Shown here one piece after another: positions 7,687 to 14,041 of a stretch of 14,041 nucleotides of DNA. The DNA lies in assembly GCA_048938445.1 (NCBI GenBank), contig JBHLME010000118.1, forward strand, positions 1-14,041, written 5' to 3'. The stretch comes from Promethearchaeota archaeon. Lineage in GTDB: Archaea > Asgardarchaeota > Lokiarchaeia > Sigyniarchaeales > SOKP01. The translations under genes and the position numbers were made by a program. Each line of letters begins with the position of its first letter. Within the stretch, counting starts at the first letter, position 1. Under the pieces are notes generated by a model. The model did not search any database. It was given only the letters and a program-made list of their open reading frames with translations, and was not told the DNA's origin.

Positions 7687-8511
7687 CTAAGTATAATTGG
7701 ATTTCATCAAAAATCCTATAAAAATAATTGTAAATACAGATAAATCTAGAACTTCTGCAATAGTAATCATAAAGGGATTTTCACTGAAAATAATTTGTAA
7801 TACTGGTCGTACTGTTTGTGATAATAAAAGTGCTCCAAATCCTAAAGTTAGAATGAATGAATTAATTTCAGAAAGCTTCTTTCTTTGATAGGTAAACCAA
7901 AATAACCATATTATTATTAGTAATGAAGGAATGAGCACAATTGGATAAAATAAACCTACCACTTTTAGATCTGGAGCAAGTATTCCCATAATAATTTCGA
8001 TAGATAAAATAATTAATAATATACAAAAACGTAATTTGTTCCTATAATGTTCATTTTGTATTTTTACACGGTTCTTATTTATTGACATATAGAACAATAA
8101 CATCCCAATACTAAGAAAAATCATCGGAATCAAGTCAAAAGCTAATAATATAAACCTAATTTTCGAAATAATTAAAGATTGCGTAGGATTACTATAAAAA
8201 GAGAAATCAACAAAAAGATCAATAAATTTACCGAAGACTATGCCTAAAAAAAATAATCCAAAAAGGAAAGGGATATCATCAAGGAATTGTTTTTCTCCTT
8301 TAAACCATTTACTAAACATTACATAAGTCATCAAGGACATTACAATAATGCGGATCATTATTACACATACTACTCCTATAGAACCGGGATAATAAAAATA
8401 AAAGCTCTCAATAATCATTGATATGTTTGAAATATATAACATTAATATTCCACTAAGTCCCGCTAAAATTCCAAGAATTAATAATAATTTCATTCTTTTA
8501 GCATTTACCAT
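7687..8511 (-). CDS. Polytopic membrane protein (~8 TM), unknown function
   Basis: 274 aa with about eight hydrophobic segments by eye, several containing charged residues. Confidence 0.8.
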   Translation of the reverse strand: MVNAKRMKLLLILGILAGLSGILMLYISNISMIIESFYFYYPGSIGVVCVIMIRIIVMSLMTYVMFSKWFKGEKQFLDDIPFLFGLFFLGIVFGKFIDLFVDFSFYSNPTQSLIISKIRFILLAFDLIPMIFLSIGMLLFYMSINKNRVKIQNEHYRNKLRFCILLIILSIEIIMGILAPDLKVVGLFYPIVLIPSLLIIIWLFWFTYQRKKLSEINSFILTLGFGALLLSQTVRPVLQIIFSENPFMITIAEVLDLSVFTIIFIGFLMKSNYT

Positions 8512-8563
8512 GCAATATTATCAAATAAAAAGTTCTTAAAATAAACCATTTTTTTTTGATGAG

Positions 8564-9109
8564 TTATAACAAGTGAGGGATGCATGTCGAAAAACCAACT
8601 AAGAGACCCGTTGCTATGGAACTCAATAACCAATATGTTGTTTTTCTTGGATTTTTATTCATTGAATTTTTTGAATAATAAAAAAGGCAAAGAAATAAAT
8701 TCATTAAAGCTAAAAATGATAAGATAGAGAAGATATTATTTTGAAAAATATCAAAAACAATATCTAAATATTCAATTTCATAGTTATAATAAAGAAAAAA
8801 TGACTCAAGTATTATATAAATGAAACCTTCTGGAAGATTCCATAATAAAAGGTATAATAGAAAATTAAACATTATTCCAAATCCGGATATTATATCTAAG
8901 AAGCCTAAAACAATTCGAAATTTTTTTAAGACTTCTTGATTAAAGTAATCACCTGATTTTTCATTTTTAAAATACACTATTCTTATGGATAGCAACATAA
9001 AAATTCCTAAAATTAATAATATAATAGAAAAAATATATTTCATAGAGTGTAAGAAAATATTACAGTAATAATTTACGTCATTTAGTATATTATTAAAAAA
9101 ATCCTCCAT
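8564..9109 (-). CDS. Membrane protein (~4-5 TM), unknown function
   Basis: 181 aa with hydrophobic segments. ATG preceded by GATGAT. Confidence 0.75.
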   Translation of the reverse strand: MEDFFNNILNDVNYYCNIFLHSMKYIFSIILLILGIFMLLSIRIVYFKNEKSGDYFNQEVLKKFRIVLGFLDIISGFGIMFNFLLYLLLWNLPEGFIYIILESFFLYYNYEIEYLDIVFDIFQNNIFSILSFLALMNLFLCLFYYSKNSMNKNPRKTTYWLLSSIATGLLVGFSTCIPHLL

Positions 9110-9241
9110 TTTTAATCATCTTGTTAAATCGATTAAAACTTAATTTATATTCATTATTTTGAATATAGATTTTTAAACTCTACAAATTCTTTCTACAAAA
9201 TTTAGAAGTTTATATAATTTTTTTTTAAAGTGACCTATGAA

Positions 9242-10351
9242 ATGATAAAAAAAGGAAAATTCAAATTATTATCTTATATTGTAGATGAAAATTTAATATT
9301 TTACAAGAGTTTGAATAGAAATCGGAAATATACTGGATTCTTTGCCATTAAAACTACTAAATTATTTCCTTTAATTTCAATATTGAATAATTTTTTGAAT
9401 AAAAGATTTATTAAATATTATTACCTTCAAGTAGATAATAAAAAGGTTGAAGATTTTTATTTTTTTATTAATATTGAGAATACTACTAAAAACGAGACTA
9501 TTAAACTATGGAATTTAATTAAAGATAAAATAGATCAAAAAAAAATAGACATAACAATTTTGAAAACAAAAAGCTTAGAAAAGGCCTTTATAGGGATATT
9601 AGATGAGAATATAAGTAATGATATTTTCATCTTAAAGGATACTAATGTTATTCTAATGAAAGATAATCAAAATTTTAAAAAATTTATATTTTATAAAATG
9701 AATTTTGAAAATTTAAAAAATAAAACTTTCTTTATACAAACATTTTTGAACTATATTAATAATTTAAATTTATTTGGTTATCTCATTTTTAACTTTAAAT
9801 TAAATTTCAATAACAGTATTAATGTTGCTGCTTATTTTTCTGAAGTTTTAGAAAAAAATCAAACTTCGGATAATATAATCATAGAAGTTAATAATTTTTT
9901 CAACATAGATTTATTAGAAAAAAGAAAAATTGGAATTAAAAATATGGGTCTCTTTTTATGGCGTTATTCAATTTTTAATAATTTTTATTCAGTTAAAGAT
10001 CTTTCTGAACTATTTAAAACAGATATACCGTTTGATTTTAACAATATTCAACAATTTAACCAACAATTTGAGCAAGCTTTACTCAAAGAATATATTAAAT
10101 TTAAAAGAATCAATGAGAACATTATATTTATTTTCAAAGATATCCTCTTTATTACATTTTATAAGTGTGATCCAAATCTATTATTAAAAATCTTTAAAAA
10201 ATATTATTCAAGATATTTAATTTATTTACTGGTATTTAATGAAATAGATCATAATGAGTTGCTTAAAATGGAATTAAATTTACTAAAAAATGTTAAAATA
10301 TTAAATACAAATGAATTTTTAAATTTAGATTTATCAATCTTCAAAAATTAA
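9242..10351 (+). CDS. Hypothetical soluble protein
   Basis: Open frame of about 370 codons in very AT-rich DNA. Start is either GTG 9230 or ATG 9242. No catalytic motif recognised. Confidence 0.7.
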   Translation: MIKKGKFKLLSYIVDENLIFYKSLNRNRKYTGFFAIKTTKLFPLISILNNFLNKRFIKYYYLQVDNKKVEDFYFFINIENTTKNETIKLWNLIKDKIDQKKIDITILKTKSLEKAFIGILDENISNDIFILKDTNVILMKDNQNFKKFIFYKMNFENLKNKTFFIQTFLNYINNLNLFGYLIFNFKLNFNNSINVAAYFSEVLEKNQTSDNIIIEVNNFFNIDLLEKRKIGIKNMGLFLWRYSIFNNFYSVKDLSELFKTDIPFDFNNIQQFNQQFEQALLKEYIKFKRINENIIFIFKDILFITFYKCDPNLLLKIFKKYYSRYLIYLLVFNEIDHNELLKMELNLLKNVKILNTNEFLNLDLSIFKN

Positions 10352-10357
10352 AGAAGA

Positions 10358-10621
10358 TTAAAAAATACCTAAATTAATAGCAACATCTTGAGCTGAATAA
10401 TCTGGATGTAATTTAATGAACGCTTTCTTTTCACCTTTAGGCGTGATTAAAGTATTGACTTTTATTACTTTTATATTATGAATTTTTTCAATAGCGTTCC
10501 TAATAGTATTTTTATTTGCATTTTTATCAACAATAAATACTATTTTATTTTCTCTCTCAATCAAATCAAAGGTTTTTTCTGTGATTAGGGGTTTTTTTAT
10601 GATTGCATAAAAGTTTTCCAT
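10358..10621 (-). CDS. rpl23: 50S ribosomal protein uL23
   Basis: IIKKPLITEK, KIVFIVDKNANK, KVNTLITPKGEKKAFIKL. Start overlaps the rpl4 stop (TAATG). Confidence 0.98.
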   Translation of the reverse strand: MENFYAIIKKPLITEKTFDLIERENKIVFIVDKNANKNTIRNAIEKIHNIKVIKVNTLITPKGEKKAFIKLHPDYSAQDVAINLGIF

Positions 10622-11409
10622 TAAATCCTCTCCTCATATTTATTTAGTTCATTAAATGCCGATTGAGTCCAAAGAATCAATCTTCCAGCCATTCCTCCAG
10701 GTGCTAAATTATCAATAGAAAGATCACCAATCTTAATGATTTCTGCTCCAGGGATGTTTCTTGAGGCTTTCACTATTCCAAAATCTTCCTTTATTACAAA
10801 AAGCAAACCCTTTCTTTTTTTATATTTACGACCTCTCCTCTTCCCTTTTCCTGCTCTAATTTTTTTTTTAGTTTTTACTTTACTCAACTCCTCTTTTAAG
10901 CCAAATTTACATAAAATTGAATAAATCTGTTCTGTTTTCTTAATTGTTTGGATCTTATCATCTACTACTAAAGGAATCTCTGGAATATTATCAATTAAGT
11001 GCCCTCGATTTTCAACCCAACTGTGATTTCCAGAAGCTGATATAGCCGAAATTAAAGCTAACAACTTAGTTTTTTTATTCATTTTTTTCTTTATCCTTTT
11101 TTCAACTTTAATTGGATGAGCGCGCCTACCACCTTTTGCATATGGTACTCTACCAACATTTCGTGCTGTCGGATATCCTGATCCCTTCAATCTAGGGGCT
11201 CTTGATAATCCATGACCAGTCCCCCAACTTTCTGCGGTATTTCTCAATCCCGCTCTAGGATCTCTCCCTTGAGCTTGTTTTTTTCGGCTCTGAGATACTT
11301 CAATAGATTTTTGAATTAGATCTTTTCTTGGTTTAACCTCAAACACTCTAGGTTTAGTGATAGTTTCTTTTTTTTTTACATCCAAATTATAAACATTAAC
11401 TTTTTCCAT
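10621..11409 (-). CDS. rpl4: 50S ribosomal protein uL4 (archaeal type)
   Basis: TAESWGTGHGLSRAPR, GGRRAHP, RAGKGKRRGR, LAPGGMAGRL. Confidence 0.98.
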   Translation of the reverse strand: MEKVNVYNLDVKKKETITKPRVFEVKPRKDLIQKSIEVSQSRKKQAQGRDPRAGLRNTAESWGTGHGLSRAPRLKGSGYPTARNVGRVPYAKGGRRAHPIKVEKRIKKKMNKKTKLLALISAISASGNHSWVENRGHLIDNIPEIPLVVDDKIQTIKKTEQIYSILCKFGLKEELSKVKTKKKIRAGKGKRRGRKYKKRKGLLFVIKEDFGIVKASRNIPGAEIIKIGDLSIDNLAPGGMAGRLILWTQSAFNELNKYEERI

Positions 11410-11431
11410 ATGATCACGTCACTTCTATATT

Positions 11432-12448
11432 TTATTTTCTTTGTTGACTTTCTCTATTTATAAAAGATATTTCGGGAGTTTGAGGCGAAAAAGGTTTTTT
11501 AGGTCTTAGTGCTTTTCTCATCCTAATCAACCTTTTTTTAGGACCAGGTATTGATCCTAATATTAATATATAATCCCCTTTCACCATACCATATCGAATA
11601 AATCCTCCTTTTGGATTTATTTCTTCCTCATTTTCACCAATCATCATAATTCTCTTGTTATATTCAGTTCTTTGGTGGAAACCTAATTGGCCTGGTCGGG
11701 GTACTGTATAAAGAACTCTAGCTGGATGCCAAGGTCCAATACAAGCCACAGCTCTACGTATTTTACTATTTTTTCTTGTCAAAATCCTAACGCCACTTCT
11801 TTTAACTGGACCTTGAAATCCCTTCCCTTTTGAAACCGAAATCACGTCAATTAATTCTCCATCGGTTAGAACATCTCTTGCTCTTATTTCTTTACCTAGA
11901 CTTTTTAAAACGGAGTTAAGACCTTTTTTTGGATCATTAGAAGCGTATTTTATTTCTATTATATCAGGTTTTTTTCTTGAGATTGAAGTTTTATATGGTT
12001 GCGTCTGAAAGATCCCTCTAATTTCACTAGTGTCATTAATTTTCTTTAATAGATTATTTTTAACATTTTTAAAATCATATTTTTCATAATCAGGAATACT
12101 TATTTTTCTAGTTAAATAATCATTTATTTCCTTAGTAAATATTTCTCCAATAATGAATTTTCCATATTCATCTTTATCATAAATCCTAATCCCTATAAGA
12201 ATTAATGGAGGAACCTCTACTATAGTTACAGGTTTCATTAATTCTTTTCCATAATAGGTGCTAGTTTTTTGATCTTCTATATATGTTAGATGGGTCATTC
12301 CTACCTTAAAACCTGCAAACCCTTGAAAAGTATCATATTCTATTGAGTCATTCCAATGTCTTATACGTCCTTTTATTGTAGCAGCTCTTTTTCTTGGAAG
12401 GTATGCTAATGATCCGTGTCTTGGAGCATGTTTTTTCCGATGTGCCAT
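11432..12448 (-). CDS. rpl3: 50S ribosomal protein uL3 (archaeal type)
   Basis: PRHGSLAYLPRKRA, GFKVGMTH, KGKGFQGPVKR, GPWHPARV, GQLGFHQRTEYNKR. Confidence 0.98.
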   Translation of the reverse strand: MAHRKKHAPRHGSLAYLPRKRAATIKGRIRHWNDSIEYDTFQGFAGFKVGMTHLTYIEDQKTSTYYGKELMKPVTIVEVPPLILIGIRIYDKDEYGKFIIGEIFTKEINDYLTRKISIPDYEKYDFKNVKNNLLKKINDTSEIRGIFQTQPYKTSISRKKPDIIEIKYASNDPKKGLNSVLKSLGKEIRARDVLTDGELIDVISVSKGKGFQGPVKRSGVRILTRKNSKIRRAVACIGPWHPARVLYTVPRPGQLGFHQRTEYNKRIMMIGENEEEINPKGGFIRYGMVKGDYILILGSIPGPKKRLIRMRKALRPKKPFSPQTPEISFINRESQQRK

Positions 12449-12577
12449 ATATTATCACTTGACCTTATAAATATTCCAAATTAAATAAATTTTGTGATAA
12501 GACTGGTATAGACTTCCGATTATACTAACTAAATAAAAAAATGGTTGTTTAAAAAATCCTATTTAAATAATAATTTA

Positions 12578-13255
12578 ATGTCAATCACGATAAGAAATAG
12601 CGCCAAACTCTATGAAAATTATAATATTAATGGTAAAAAGGAATATTATTTAGTTATAGAATGTAATAATTGTGATGATTCAAATTCTGATTTTTTTTAC
12701 AATTATAAATGTATCTCTTGTTTGTTAATTAATATATACAAATCCAGAGACAAAAAATTTAAAGAAATTTTAATCAAATCAAAAGAACTTAATATCAACT
12801 ATGAACAATTGAAGAAATTATTAAATTACTTTAAAAAATTAAAAATTATCAAGGGAAACTATAAAAAAATTGAAAATTTTAACGATAGTAAATGTAATTA
12901 TAAAGAATTCAATTGTAAAATATCTCAAGGGATTAAAAAATTCAAAGTCTTTTTATACATATTACTTTTACCAATCATAGTTGGAGCAATTGGAGGGATA
13001 TTTCCATTTTTTAAGATTTTAAATCTAGAATTCAATTTGAATGGAGTAAGCATGTCGGATTTGGTATTATCTTCATTCGATCTTACTTCATTTATAATAA
13101 TTTTTCTTGTTCTTTTATCATGTATAATAATATCATCTTATTTCTTTTTGAAGATTATTGATTATAATAATATACTTTTAATCATTTTTCTTGTAATAAT
13201 CATCTTTATTCTATTTTTTTTCTGTAGTTATATTTTAATTATAAATATCATCTAA
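12578..13255 (+). CDS. Cys-rich N-terminal domain plus 3-TM C-terminus; possible internally deleted secretion ATPase / TadC-like fusion
   Basis: CNNC, CISC and Cx6C lie in a soluble N-terminal half, then the sequence switches abruptly to three TM helices. ATG at 12578 with TTTAAAAA at 12548-12555 is preferred over TTG at 12545. The product call is inference. Confidence 0.55.
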   Translation: MSITIRNSAKLYENYNINGKKEYYLVIECNNCDDSNSDFFYNYKCISCLLINIYKSRDKKFKEILIKSKELNINYEQLKKLLNYFKKLKIIKGNYKKIENFNDSKCNYKEFNCKISQGIKKFKVFLYILLLPIIVGAIGGIFPFFKILNLEFNLNGVSMSDLVLSSFDLTSFIIIFLVLLSCIIISSYFFLKIIDYNNILLIIFLVIIIFILFFFCSYILIINII

Positions 13256-13265
13256 TTGTAAGAAA

Positions 13266-13583
13266 TCAAGAATTTAAGATTAAATATACTAACTGAATAA
13301 TTAAAAATGATCCAATGAAAACATTTATCACATTACAATAAAAAAATAACAATTTAAAAAAAACTAGATTTTCTAAACCATAATTTAGAATTAATGATTG
13401 TAGGGTGTTAAAAGCTATATAAAGAGGGATTAATAAAATTAAAAAAATACTTAAAATTAGTGCGCTTGTCATCGTATCGGATGAAATAACTGAATAGATG
13501 AACATTAAAATTAAAAATGATGAGATACCAAATATTTCGAGTAAAATAATATTTAATTCTGACACTATCTTTATAATTTTCAA
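13266..13583 (-). CDS. Small 3-TM membrane protein
   Basis: 105 aa, three hydrophobic segments, TTG start, convergent with the previous gene. Confidence 0.65.
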   Translation of the reverse strand: MKIIKIVSELNIILLEIFGISSFLILMFIYSVISSDTMTSALILSIFLILLIPLYIAFNTLQSLILNYGLENLVFFKLLFFYCNVINVFIGSFLIIQLVYLILNS

Positions 13584-13680
13584 TGAAACTATTTTAAAAA
13601 CGAGAATCTTGGAGAATTATTAATTTATAATTAGGTATAATGATGGATTATAATATTTTATCATTTCATAAATATTCAAT

Positions 13681-14040
13681 TTACCAAGGATCCCATTCTT
13701 CAGGATCTAGATGCTCTTCATCAGCACCATTAAATGATTCTCCCGTTTCTTGATCATCTATATTAAACATTTCTTCATTCATATCTGGTGTATGTGAAGT
13801 TGTAGAAACCTTGCTTTGTATTAAATTCAAATCCTCTTCAATAATTATAGAATCTTCTCCTATAACAACGTCTTTAAAAGCAGAGATTAGAGAGAGAAAG
13901 TTAAAAAATTCTTCTTTATTCATTTCAACATTTGCAGAGCCATCCCTATTAAAAATTGATAATTTAATAAGCCGAACAACACCGCTTATTTCTACAGACG
14001 TTAATTCAATATTTTCATCTTTTTTTTTTAATTCAATTTT
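13681..14040 (-). CDS. 5'-truncated hypothetical protein with an acidic C-terminal tail ending EEWDPW
   Basis: The frame of the 80-aa track ORF stays open upstream to the window edge (KIELKKKDENIELTSVEISGVVRLIKLSIFNRDGSANVE-MNKEEFF...), so the true start is probably outside the window. Confidence 0.75.
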   Translation of the reverse strand, partial: KIELKKKDENIELTSVEISGVVRLIKLSIFNRDGSANVEMNKEEFFNFLSLISAFKDVVIGEDSIIIEEDLNLIQSKVSTTSHTPDMNEEMFNIDDQETGESFNGADEEHLDPEEWDPW

Positions 14041-14041
14041 C

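Noticed and set aside
7697-7888. 63-aa plus-strand ORF
   Set aside because: Antisense shadow of the membrane protein gene.
7687-8511. Microbial rhodopsin (helio- or schizorhodopsin)
   Set aside because: The last helix lacks the retinal-binding Lys motif (DxxxK / SxxxK); it reads AEVLDLSVF.
9930-10187. 85-aa alternate-frame ORF
   Set aside because: Nested in the longer ORF, with hydrophobic bias typical of off-frame AT-rich DNA.
10736-10924. 62-aa plus-strand ORF
   Set aside because: Antisense to rpl4.
1-14041. CRISPR array, tRNA/rRNA, IS element or provirus
   Set aside because: No regularly spaced repeats, no GC-rich structured RNA island, and no transposase, integrase or capsid motifs were seen.

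Overview
Very AT-rich archaeal DNA, shown by TFB, archaeal-type uL3/uL4/uL23, TATA/BRE promoters and GGAGG/GTGAT ribosome-binding sites. The gene mix and style suggest an Asgard archaeon (Lokiarchaeia-like); this is inference, not a database result. From left to right: a divergent wHTH / ribbon-helix-helix regulator pair, a stand-alone bacterial-style Flp pilin, a HIT hydrolase, a Nif3-like and a gamma-carbonic-anhydrase-like gene that both lack their metal ligands, a TFB with an atypical B-reader, an unknown 463-aa gene downstream of a B12-binding radical SAM enzyme, two membrane proteins, a hypothetical, and an rpl3-rpl4-rpl23 cluster that stops before rpl2. The window ends with a Cys-rich/3-TM ORF that may be a collapsed pilus ATPase-TadC locus, a small membrane protein, and a 5'-truncated gene ending in an acidic EEWDPW tail. 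No tRNA, rRNA, CRISPR array, transposase or integrase was seen.
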